Assembly: GCA_002104945.1 (NCBI GenBank)
Contig: MCFH01000031.1
Span: forward strand, 372,001-436,000
Direction: 5' to 3'
Length of the DNA: 64,000 nucleotides
From: Piromyces finnis finn
Lineage: Eukaryota; Fungi; Neocallimastigomycota
In this document: piece by piece, positions 26,363 to 39,725 of the stretch
Numbering within the stretch: position 1 is the first letter of the stretch
How the letters are laid out: every line of letters starts with the position of its first letter
Position numbers and translations under genes: made by a program
Notes under the pieces: generated by a model
What the model saw: only the letters and a program-made list of their open reading frames with translations
What the model was told of the DNA's origin: nothing
Database searches by the model: none

Positions 26363-27275
26363 TTAATATCATAATATCATAAAATATATCATAAAACACA
26401 AACGAAAAGAAAAGAAAGAAAAAAAAAATTATTATCTTTTGTAATTTCTATAATAAGAAATAAAATATTTTTAAATATTTTTATAATTTTGTTTAAATGA
26501 TAAAGAAATTTTTAAATATTATTGTTAAATATAATATATCTAAGGGATTAAATAATAATTATTATTCAGTTTCATCATAACATTGATGGATGAACATTTA
26601 TGATATCCCTCCCAAAAGTCTATATTTCTTTATTTATTTCATGATTAATAAGGATAAAAATAATTTAAAAATATTAAATTAAAAAATATTTTCTTATTGA
26701 AAAAAGATCAAAAATAGTATAATAGATTCTAATAAATTATATTATATAATTATTATAAAATTGTAATAATTATATACTACCTAGCGATATTGATTTTGGT
26801 ACATTATATAAATATTTTTTTATATAAGCATTAAAGTTAATACTTTAATTTTATAATTTACAAATAGATTATTAATAACAAAAATATATTTTTGAAGTCT
26901 TCCTAGTATAAAGTCTGGCTAAAATCCCAAAAAATCTAGGATAAATATTAAGGCTTAGTTAATTGGATACATATAATAAATAACTCATTAAACGAAAATA
27001 AATATATTTAAAAAAAAGCTAAGCATTTTACTATTATTTTTAGTTATTAAATATTAAAATGTAAAATATTAAATAAATGCAGAGCCAGATACTTTCACTA
27101 AATACAAGGTTTTTTATATTAAAGTTTTTTTTATTTTAAAGTTTATTTTTATTAAATATTTTAAAAACCTTATTAATCAAATATAATAGAAAAATGTTTG
27201 TTTCATAATTAATAATAGAAAATATTAAAATTATTTGATTAAAGAAAGTAGTATTTTTTAATTTATATTAAAAAA

Positions 27276-30200
27276 ATGAGGTAATAAAAAAAAAAAAAAA
27301 TAGTATTTTTTAATTTATATTGAAACTACAGATTCAAGTTTCAATATCTAATTTATTAATATTATTTATTTTATTATATTCTATTATAAGAATCCTTTTT
27401 TACATTTTGATTCTAATATATGATATTATTAAAACAACCTCAATATCAATCAATAATGAGGAATCAATAATAAGTAGTATTAATAACCCAGAATTTGATT
27501 CATTAATTATTAATGTTAATAATATTAATGTTGAAATATCGAATGAAATTAGTATTAATAATAATTATATAAAGAAAATATCATTCATAGGCGAGTCTAA
27601 AGAATTATCAATTATAACATTCAATGATATTTCAACAGGGTTTATATTTTACGATTCTCTTCAAGAAATAGAATTTAAAAATATTACTATTTATGGAACC
27701 CTTAAATTTAATCATATATACAATATTGAAATTGATAATGTTATTTTAAATGGTAGTTTGGAATTGCTTCCCGAAAGTGTAAATAATGATGTTATTAAAA
27801 TAACTAATCTACAATTTACCTCTGTGAGAAAATCTACTGTGGATTATTGTGTAAAATTATATGGAAATGTAAATATTGAAAATTCATCTTTTAATGGAAG
27901 TCCTTTTTGCAATAATGGAATAATATATTATAACGGAGAAACCGATAAAAATATTAATATATCAAATTCGAACTTTAATGGAGAGTATGTAAATGGTTGT
28001 ATTGTTTTAGAAAACTCAAATTATGTCAATATTAAAACATCTCTTTTTGAAAATGGGAATAATTCTATTATTGGAGGGTATATAAAAACTACTATATTTA
28101 TTACTTTTTTTTATAATATATATTAAATATTAATATAATGTTTTCTATATAAATAATAAACAGTTCAGCAATGTATATTTTAAAAACAAACACTGTATTA
28201 ATTGAAGATTGTAAATTTAAAAACGCTTTTTCAATTAATAGTGGTGGTACATTTTTTTTTAACAATGTAATGGATGTTAATGCAAATAATATTGAAGTTT
28301 TCAATTCAACGTCAATAAAAAATGTATATTTATATAACTTTACTATTTTCAACATATAGCAATATATAAAAAAAGAAAATATAGAGAAAAGTAACATTTT
28401 TATTATATATAAAAATTATAGGGAAGTGTGATATATATATATACTGAACAAGCAGTAAATAATTTAGTTAGATTTAAAAATACAAAAATCTATGGTGTTG
28501 GAACAGATGATTATAAAATAGATTTGGGTGGATTTGTTGCAACGTACTAATTTTTAATAATTATTATTTAAAGAGTACATATGTTAATAATTTATTATAA
28601 TTTAATTGACATATATAATCATAATACATAAAGAGTTGATGGTTTCAGTAATCTACTTATAAGTAATTTATATGGGGAAGATATATATTGTGGAAATTAT
28701 GGTGTTGGAGCATTTGTAGTAACTAATAAATCAAAAATTGATATATAGTAATATCTTAATCAATATATAGTAGAATAACAAGGAAAAATATTGATGGTTA
28801 TAATTTATAAATTATATTAAATTTTAGTAATATAGAACTACGTAATGTTCATGGATCAAGATATGGTGGTGTACTACTTAATTCATATAATGAGGAAGAA
28901 GGATCTCGATTTTATGTAACAAATGGTACTTTTATTGACTTTTATCAGCACTATGAAAAACCTTCGGCAACACTACTTTGGTCTACTGACAATATAAAAG
29001 TAAAATTAGAAAAGTAAATATACAAATATCTAAATAAATATTAAAATGAACAATATTATTATAATCTTTTATGTATCAAATTTTTAAATATTAATTTTCT
29101 ATTATTAATTTATAATATTCTAGTTGTAATATAACTAATTTATATGGAAATGAAGAAGCAGTGTAATTTTTAAATATTTTTTTTATTAAATAAATACTTT
29201 TTTTAAATACTTATTAACATTATTCTGGATTAGAATATTATATTATGATAAAAATTCGGATATTGTTCTTAAAAATGTTAATATCGATGGGTTTTATTCA
29301 GTAAATGGAGCTTTCATTAGAAGTGGTGAACCAAATGGAATAGCAATTCGTTAGTAAAACTTTAAATTATTAATAATAAATATTATATGATGGGATAATA
29401 AAAACTATATATATATTAATAGAAAATGTATTATTGGAAAATGTCACTATACAAAATAGTCAATGCAATAAATGTAAATATTAGTAATTTATATAAATCA
29501 ATAATTTAATATATTGTATGGTATTAATATTTTATATAAAAAATATTACAATAAGTTATACGGTTAAAATTTGGAGCAATAACTATAAAAAATTCAAAAG
29601 TAAATATAAATAATATACTCAATTATAAATTAAAATAATTTTTGCAATTTTTATAATAGTAGTAACTTATTATTTATTATTAGTTTTTAAATATTAGTGA
29701 GAATGATAATAATTTGAAAATAGCTGATTTAGATGAATTAACAACATTATCAATTGAAAATACAGAATTTGATCATATCATTTTAAGTAAATAATAATTT
29801 TTCATAGAATAATCAAAAATATATATTTTATATAATAATAATGATAATAATAAATGTAATATTTTTATGTTAAGAATACGGATTTGAAACAGCAAACAAT
29901 TCGGAAATACACCTTATAAATTGTACAGTAAATAATTCTATATTTGATAAAGGTTTCATTTCAACTAGTAATATTATTAATACAACTCTTACAATTAAGG
30001 ATTCAACATTTTTTAATAATACTGGTAATAATGGGGTAATTATTCACGTTGATAAGCTTGATGAAAAAACAAATGTTTCATTCCTAGATTCTACATTTAA
30101 GAATAATTATGCAAAAAGATATGGTGGTGTTTTATATTCAAGAGAAAAATCAATAGACACTTCAATAACATTTAATAATTGCTTTTTCGAAAATAATAAA

Positions 30201-32575
30201 GCATTTTTAGGTAATATAATAAATAAAATTATACAAATTTTATCAATCATAAAAAATTTAAATATTTATTATAAAAACATTAGGTGATATCTCATTTAGT
30301 CTTTCAAAAATAGATGAGCCGTATTTTTCCAATATTGATGAACTCAGAAAAAAAAAAGGATTACTTGTTACCAATCCAACTCATATTGAACTTGTATCTA
30401 ATTTAAATAGTTCAATATCAATGATATCTAGTCAGGAATTACCTAATTACTTAAAATGTACAAAAATAATATAAAATAAATGAACTATTACAATAACGTT
30501 TTTAATATGTATAATTTTTTAAAATATATATTTAGGCAAGTTATATGATGATTATGGAAACGGTATATATATTATAGTCAATATTTAATATTTTAATATA
30601 TCTATTAATATATTTCTTTATACTAGAATGTAAAATAAATTCTGATTTATCTACTATGACTCTGCAAGATTTTATTTTTTTCAAAATTGAAGTCGATGAT
30701 ATTTATAATACTAAATTAATAGGACAATATTTATCATATTGTTGGAATAATGAATGTGCTATCCCACCATTAAAAGGTAATAATATTATAATTTCTTTTA
30801 AATAATATTTAGAAAAAATGGTAAATATTTTTATAATTGAATTTTAAATAGTTGTTGGGAATCCTGGTAATTATAAACTTTCTTTGAAAATAAGTAGCTT
30901 TGGTAAATTTTGTTAATAATATTAAAAAGGTATATTTATATATTTATGTAATTCAAAAATTAAATTAAATACTATTACTTTTAAAAACAAATAGGACCAT
31001 TTGATAAATTTGAAAATAACGTTCTCAAAATTGATTTGGAAATACAAAATTGTAATGAAGAAATATACAAATATCAAAATATAGATGATTCAGCGTTGAA
31101 ATCATGGTATATATATTTAATATTTTATTGATTTAAATAATAATTATTATAATATTAATATTAATATTTACAATTTAATTTTTTAAAAGTTATTTACCAG
31201 AATGTAACCCTCCATGTATGAATGGCGGAAAATGTATAAATAATAATATTTGTGATTGCAGCAATACATTTACTGTCGGAAAATATTGCAATGAGTATAA
31301 TATATTAGAAAGAATAAAAAAAGTTGATCTAATTTTAAAAATCATTGCTATTATTTTATTTATATTAACAATTGTATTGATGAGTGGTATAATTATGTTT
31401 AAAGATAATTTAATAATTAAATCAGGTAAAAGAGAAAAAATTATAATTTTTTTTTTTTTTAGCTTAAATAATAATATATTAATAAAAATTTTTATAAATA
31501 ATAATACAGCTAGTATAAATTTCCAAATAATTATTTTAATTGGAATATTATTCAATATCGCGTATTTATGGACTTTAACAAAAAATAAATCATCAATAGC
31601 CTTATGTACAAGAATTTATATCTATAAAAATTTGGTATAATTATTTTTATTATATTTATATTTATATTAAATATAATAAATTCTCATATATAAAACTATA
31701 TATAATAAATATAATAATTAGGGTTTCTCATTGGTTTTTGGTTCTATACTTGCAAAAACATACAGAATTTATAAAATGTAATAATAAATAATGATTAATT
31801 ATTAGCCCTTTATTACATACATATAATAATAATAATATTATTATTTTAATATAAAGCATATCATATAAAAAAAGCTTTTCCGTAGTTAAAGAGGAAACAA
31901 TGTTTGCAATGGTTTTTATTATGATGCTTTTTCATACACTGATTCTCGGAATCTGTTATATTACAAGAAATATAAGATCAGTTGTATTGTATAATAATTA
32001 CAGAGAATACAATGATTGCTACTTTTCAGATTTAAAAAATTTAAGGTAATTAAATAATTTAATAATACCATTTAAACTAAATTCATTTTTTTTAATATAT
32101 AAACAGTACTATATTTAATATTATAATTTTGTTTATTGGTTATGCATTATCATATGCAACGAGAGGAGCAGATAAAAATTTCAAAGAGGTATTAATTATA
32201 AAAATGTTATAATATAATAATTAATAATATATGTGTAATAATAATATAATAATAATTATATAATTATAGCGTTTATCTATGCCAGTCTATACCTATATAT
32301 TATTTACAATATTATCCGAAATTATAAATATAGGAAATGAGGAAATATCTATAATAGTACAAGATTTTTTTAATGCATTTGGAATAATTATTAATACTTT
32401 AGTAATAATGTATTACTTATACATACATAAATTTATTTCTATTTTTGTTCATAATCAAATAATAATGGAACAACAAAACCCTTCAAAATGGAAAAATACT
32501 AATAATGTATTCTTTTTTGAAAGACAAACATTAAATCGGGAAATTTACCTATCTTCTAATTACGTTATGAAATAA
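27276..32575 (+). CDS. Large receptor: right-handed beta-helix (pectin-lyase-like) ectodomain + EGF-like domain + class-C-like 7TM GPCR domain; about 22-23 exons; start codon unresolved
   Basis: Repeated beta-helix turns (NSNFNG, FENGNN, FKNNYAKRYGG, FENNKAFLG). Family linker TNPTHIEL..CKLYDDYGN..SYCWNNEC..VGNPGNYKL. EGF ECNPPCMNGGKCINNNICDC...GKYC. Seven hydrophobic segments including the class-C TM3 signature GFSLVFGSILAKTYRIYK and ATRGADKNFKE. All 21 internal introns I traced stay in frame. Confidence 0.82.
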
Positions 32576-32919
32576 TAATAATAATAATAAATATCACCAT
32601 TTTTACTATTTATAAAATATAAAATTTTTTAAAATATAATATTTCTTTATTACTATGTTATTATTAAATATATAAATAATAATACATAAAATAATTTGTA
32701 CATAAAATATTTATCAAAATAATAATTAAATAAATTGAGCATATTACTTTCGCTACATTTTTTAAACTTCAAAATTTAATTTTTAAATTCAAATTCTTTA
32801 TAATAATTATTTTCAAATACTATTTGTATATGAATATGTACCAAGGCATCCCAGATGACATCATAAATTCATTAATAAATTTCATTTACAATGAAAAAAT
32901 AATCCGGGGAATATGATAA

Positions 32920-33030
32920 TTACTAAGTTATATGCGGTAACTTAATAACGATTCCTCTTGCAATCTACCAGGAGAGTCTATATCACTTTTAATTTTTCAG
33001 ACAATGACTCGCAGAAATGATTGCGTTTAA
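32920..33030 (+). ncRNA. Candidate structured non-coding element (identity and strand uncertain)
   Basis: G+C-richer island in AT-rich intergenic DNA with three hairpins (TAAGTTA/TAACTTA; GATTCCTCTTG/CAGGAGAGTC; CGCA/TGCG) and an AATTTTT tract. No ORF explains it. Confidence 0.2.
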
Positions 33031-33407
33031 ATATGTATAGAGAAAAAAAAAATTTATAATTCATGAAGAAAATGTTTATATAGATTTTTCAACCAATCAT
33101 ATTGATTTTAAATTCATTCACTTATTAATATATTAAATGATGGTAGAGTTATAGATTTCACATGTTTTTTTCATCTATTAGTATTCTACATTTAATTATT
33201 AAAGAAATATTTAAAGTTATGGAGAAAAGATGTTAATTAATAAATAATCATGTGAATAATAATAGTAATAAATTTCAAGTATAAAATAATTAATGTTTAA
33301 ATTAAAAATTTAGATAAATGAAAAAGAAAAAAACAGAATTTTTTGTTAACTTTTATATAAATAAAAATTTAGAATAATATAATTAAAATAGATACTTTTA
33401 TAAAATC

Positions 33408-34753
33408 ATGGCTTCGTATTTTGGTAATATACTATCGCAAGTTAAAACTTTATAAAATATATAAATTTTTGAAATCTAATTTCAAAAATTCTATACATTA
33501 AATAATATATATTGATATAAAAGTAATTTATTTGTATTATTGTTTTATTTAAAAAAAAAAAAAAAAGTAAAATTCAAAAATTAATATCTATACTCAATGT
33601 TTATTAAAATTTTCTCAAAAGATGACCATAACATTAGTGAACCAAAGAAAAGAAAAGAAAAATTCAGTAACCCAGACACAGATTTTTTTTTAAATTATCA
33701 ATATGAAGAAGAAGATAGAACTGAAGCTCCTTATGATTTTACTCAAAATGCAATTTCATTAGCTAGTGTTTTTGAAGCTTTAAGAGACAATAATAGAATG
33801 AGAGAAAATGTCCAACAACAAACTCTTTTAGATAATTTAGTTACTCAACTTTTAGACGAGGCATATTCAAAGTAATTATATATTAACATATTAACACATA
33901 GAAATCAATTAATTCATAGCACTTATTTTTATTTTGAATTTATTTAAAAATATGTATAATTTTAAATTCTTAAAATTCTTTATTGTTTTTTTTTTATTTT
34001 TTAAAAAAGTAATTATATTATATATATTATTTATAATAAGAAAAATGTTAATGTTAACCATAATTACTATATGTTTATTTATTTATTAATAGTGCAAAGG
34101 GAAATCCACCAGCTTCTAAAAGATTTATTTCAAATTTACCTACTGTTAAAGTTGATAATAAAGTAAAAGGTATGTTATTAACTAATTTATATAAAACCTT
34201 TTATAGATGTATATTATTCATTTATTTTTAAGATATCTTTCATTAATAATAACATATCTAAACATATTTATATATAATTATATGTAGAGAATACTTGTTC
34301 AATTTGTGTTGAAAATTTTAAGGATACAGAAAAAATATATAAATTACCTTGTTTTCACTATTTCCATGGTATTTCTTAAAATTCAATAATAATAATAATA
34401 TAAACAATATATTAGCCGTGTAAGATTTATGTATAGATACTTTATAAAATGCTATTAACCAAGTTTTTTATATATATATATTTTTTTTTCATATATTACA
34501 AAAAAATAAATAAAGCGTCATGTATTGTTCCATGGCTTAAATTGGTAAACATAATATTATTTATATATAAAATATTAATAAATCATTTTTATTAATATTA
34601 ATTATTATTTTCTATTATTTTTAGCATAATACATGTCCTATTTGTCGTTCTGAATATGAAACTGATGATGCGGAATACGAAAAAAAAAGAAAAGCCAAAT
34701 TATTTCCACAACAAGAAGACAGTGAGGAAGAATGGGACCCATTTTATGGTTAA
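33408..34753 (+). CDS. RNF181: RING-H2 E3 ubiquitin ligase, RNF181-like, 6 inferred exons
   Basis: Spliced start MASYFDDHN resembles the RNF181 N-terminus MASYFDEH. PPASKRFISNLP, then RING-H2 [45 protein letters not shown]. Stop at 34751-34753. Confidence 0.85.
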
Positions 34754-35854
34754 TTAAAAATGAAAACTATACTATTTTATAATAAAAATACTCTCTCTAT
34801 ATAATATATTTCTTTAAAATATTAAAAATAATAAATAAATAAAACAAATAAAACAAAAATTAAAAAAAATAATAATAATAATAAAAAAAAATAATTAAAA
34901 TAAAAAGTTCCTTATTATTTCTATAAATATTATTTTTTGATAATAATAATAATAATAATAATATTCTATATTTTCATAGTTCACTGAAAAAAAAAGAAAT
35001 TATATATATATATATATATATTTTTATACTTTCTTCATATTTATATATATATATTTAAATACAATATTATTAATATAATATTGATAATTAGTGATACTAT
35101 TAAGAATTACAAATATCAAAATCTTTAAAATTAAGAATATTAACATCACACCTAATTTTAATTGGATATCTAATTAAAACTATATATTATATTATATATA
35201 TTATAGTGGACGAGTTTTTTCAAACTTTTTAAATTTTAAAAAGTGGTTATCTTACTAAATAATAATTGAATAATTAAATTTTTTATTAGTCATTAAAATT
35301 TGAAAAAAAATCCTATTAAAATTTTAATAAATTTTATTTATTATATTTTATATATTAAAGTATGGTTGATACCATAAACTTTTGGAGAATTTATTAATTT
35401 TAAATTAAAACTTTAATAATTAATAAAATTATAAAAAAAAACAATATAATTGATGGTAAAAAAAAAAAGCTTTTAAATTTAAATAAAAAAATAAAAATTA
35501 AAACTATATATATACAGTATACTTATTTTTAATTAAAATTGAAGTTTTTTTTTAACTTAAATATAAGTTATCACAAAAAATATTTAAACGGTTTATATTT
35601 TGTAATTATATATATTAAAAGTATGTGGCATTTTAAAAATCTATAATTATTATATAAAAAAAATTTTATTAAAATCTTAAAAAGAATAAATGTATATATT
35701 ATAATAAGTGATTTATTGATATTAATTATTTTTAAATAATAGATAGCTTTTATAAAAGAATAATTTCATTTATGTATAATAATAAAAGTAACAATTATAA
35801 TATATATGAAAATATATATATAAGATTAACTAAAAAATATATATTTATTATTCC

Positions 35855-35885
<31 letters not shown>

Positions 35886-35890
35886 TCTCC

Positions 35891-38800
35891 TTAATTAAGT
35901 AATTGTTCAATTCTTATTCTTTTGTAACAACGATCACTATGTGGACACTGTGAACATCGGATTGCTTGTTCTATGGCTTGTTTTTTATCCAAAATACTGA
36001 CTTGGCAAGAATCTACATCAACAGGATCAGAAGGCTCTTTACTTTTCGATGTAGCTGATAGGTTTACATTGTCATATATATTAGGTTTAAGTAAAATAGG
36101 ATTAATAGTTGGTTCTAATTGACTATGAATTGGTGCAGGTATCCATGAAAGTTTATTATTTCTTAAAATTTGACTATTTATAGAAACAGGTGATGATGCA
36201 GTTAATGGATTTGAATTTAACGAAGAAGATGAAGAAGGAACTACAGAAGTGGAAGAGATCAAACTTGATTTAAAAGCTTCATACTCTTCTATGTTCTTTA
36301 GTTTTTTTTTATGCTCAGCTTCTATTTTCATTCGTTGAGCAAGCATATCTGAATAATTGATTCCCCCATATATTGTAGTAGTTGAAGTTTCATTTGGATT
36401 ATAATCCTCTCGAATATATATGCCTTTAAAACTTTGATGCTTATCATCATCAATATTTTCAATTAAATAAGACTTATTTTTATTTTCAATTGACTCTGAT
36501 GATACATCACTATTCGAAGAGGATTCAGATGATATTGTAGTAACTTGACTAAGTTTACTCTTTTTATTTAAATGTTGTTCATTGATTTTTGTTTTACTTT
36601 CACTACTATTATTATGATTTTTGATGGAAGAAAATGAAGAAGAATTTATTATTGGAGGTGAAGATAATGCTAAATGACAATTTTCAATATCAGTATAACT
36701 ACAACAACTAGTCTTAAGCTTCTTATTAGAAGGGTCAATTTTGGAATTGTTAACATAATCGATACTTGATTCAGTATCAATTTTTCTTGAAGCAATTTCT
36801 GCAGCGGCAATTAAATGATATAATGGGTTATAATCGCAACATGGTTCTTCATTTAATAATTCATCAGTATTACAAGCACTGCATATCTTGCCATCACAAA
36901 CAGATGCTATCGGTCGAAATTTTCTTCTTGGGCAATCCATCTTTGGACAATTAAAATTAGAACAACCCACTTCAATAATAACATCACCTTCTCCATAATT
37001 CATCTTTTTATCTACTGTGCAAGGGATTAAGTTATTGCTATTTTCTTGTTTGTGATTCTGTTTTAACCTTTCCTTTTTTTCACTAATTTTATTATTACTA
37101 ATATCATGATTGGAATAACATTGATATTCATCATCATTATAGCCATGTCTATGACAATATCCACAACCATGAATGTCATTAGAATTATAATGACAATGTT
37201 CACATTTTTTTATGTCATTATTATTATTCTCTTCCCCTAAAGATCCATAGGAAAAAGATTGTTTTGGACTTGAATTTAGATCTATAGCATTCATAGAAAT
37301 GTTTAAATTGGAAATTGTTGGAGAAGAAGAAGTGTTATAATTTTTATCCTCTTCTTTAATAGACTCCGTATAAACTTTTAATATATTTGAAACAGGCATA
37401 TTTGCAATACATTCATCACAATTACAATTATCAATACATGGTATATCAAAACCACATGGATATATTTTATGGCCGGAATATGTTTGTTCTTGAGATTCAA
37501 CAAAAGTTGAAGTAGGTAATGAAGGGGAGAGAGGTGGTGTTAAATAACTATTTGAAACTGAAGATTGAGGATCAGTATGTTCATCATTCTTTACTATGGA
37601 AGAAGATACATTTTTTATTGGTATATATGATGAGGTATCTAAATTAGAATTGATTTTATTTGTATCATTATCCATTGGAAGAATATAAGATGAAGATTCA
37701 ATAGTATCCACAGCATCTGAATTAACTTCTGTTTTTTTTTCTTTTATTGTTATTTTATCTGTGATAAGAGATGAATATTGACTTGATGAAGATGATAAAT
37801 TCATATCAATTTTCATTGACTGATATATATTATTATTATTATTTTTATCTTTTTCTATTCTAATTTTTGGAATGTCTAAAATATCAGTGGATGATGATGT
37901 TGAAAGAAAAGATGAATATGTTGAATAATAATCATCTAAAGGATTTATTGAATCTATAGAATCTTTTTCTTCTAATTCATGTGAATCAGGAACTGAAGTT
38001 AATAACAACGAAGAAGAAGGTAAAATATCTTTGAAATTCGGTGTTGATTTATTCATTAGCAATGGTTTGCTAAATGATTCTTCTTTTGATATATCATTTG
38101 ATATATCATTTGGTAATGTTATTGAAGAATAAAACTTATTTGAATTTATATTAGATGAATTAGTGTTCAATGGAAGTGAAACGGGAATAAGAACAGATCC
38201 TGTTGAACTATTGTCAACAAGAAGTGACGTTGACGTTGATGGTAAAGTAGATAATGATGATAGTAACATTGAATTATTGTGATCAGATGATTCTTTATCT
38301 TTATTTAGCGAGGATATTGAATTAACTGGAGAAGAAGTAGTTGAATGAATATCAACTATTAATGGATTATTATAAAAGGAATAACAATTAATATTACTTG
38401 AATTTGATAATGCCTTATTTGAGTTTTTATATTCATTTGGAGCATTATTGCTAATATCATTGTTCTTATTTAATTGAAATTCATCCTTTATATTTGAAAT
38501 CATCTTTTCATGATATAACGTATTCATATTCGAATAATCAGGTATTAATGGTTTTTTATCAAAATTGTTGTACATTGAAGAAGGTGATTGATTTGTATCA
38601 AAGAAGTTAACAGTATCATTAATACTTGATATTAATATTGATTTATTTTCCATAAAAGTAGATGATTTAATACTTTTCATATATTTATTTTTATTATTTT
38701 TTAACTTATCGTTATTTAACGAGATTTTATTTGTTTCCTTACAAGGTGATTGGTTGTCTAAATCTATATTATTATTTTTAATATTAACACTATTATTATT

Positions 38801-39725
38801 ATTATTATTATTATTATGATTATTGCTGTTGTTGCTGTTGTTACTGTTTAATAACGTTAAAGAAAGAGATGATGTTGTATTATGAGTTTTATCTGGTTCT
38901 GCTGATATTATTATAGAATCAAATTTTTGTTTTTTAATTTTTGTTTCTGGAACTTCAGAAGTTAGTTTTCTCTTTACTAAATTTTTAGTTTTTTTCTTTT
39001 GTGTTTTCTTAACTTGTTTTTTCTTTTTTTTATCATTTGGCTTATTATGGATCTTTAGGTGACGTAGTAATGTATCTTGCCTTTTAATATTATATATAAA
39101 TATTAATATCAATATTAAAAATATTTTATTGAATATTAAAAAAACTTTTAAAAAAATTTTTTTTTAAAATGGAATTTTTAATTAACATAGAAGTGCATTT
39201 AAATCAATAAAATTAATTATTAATAAATAATTGGAATAAAAAAAAAAAGAATTTTGAAATTTAAAATTTTTTAAATTAAATAATTGATATATTATTATTT
39301 TCAATAAGCAACAATAATTGAAATGTATATTTTTTTTTAAATTTTACTTAAAAATGTAAATTTTTATTACTAAAACTTTTTATATCACTAAAAATAAAAG
39401 AAATATAAAATACCTTGAAAAGCAACGACCACATCCTTCAACTTCGCATTTGAATGGTCGTTCCCCAGTATGTGCTATAAAATATATATATATATAAAAT
39501 GAATAATTAACATTTGAAATCCTCTTCAATATGATTTTTAAAATTTCGTATAACTGAAAATTTACTCAAGATGTGACGATTTAAATGTTCCATTCTTCTA
39601 AAAGACCTCAAGCAGGTCATACATTTAAAAGGTTTTGAAACATATTGCGTTTTCGAAGATTCATTTTGTTGAAACATTAAAGATGGAAATGCTGGTAAAA
39701 CCGGAATTGAAGACATCTTTTTCAA
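35891..39725 (-). CDS. Two-finger C2H2 transcription factor (CreA/Mig1/EGR-type fingers) with long S/N-rich and Cys-rich C-terminal region; 3 exons
   Basis: Spliced fingers: [55 protein letters not shown], with canonical TGERPF linker. Exon 3 is most of ORF 35891..39112. Confidence 0.85.

Noticed and set aside
26890-27100. Short inverted motifs (TCTGGCT/AGCCAGA, CCTAG/CTAGG) suggesting a MITE
   Set aside because: Matches are only 5-7 bp, with no target-site duplication and no terminal alignment.
32830-32916. Short ORF MNMYQGIPDDIINSLINF...
   Set aside because: 28 codons then a stop, with further stops downstream; no recognisable family. Covered under the structured-island finding.
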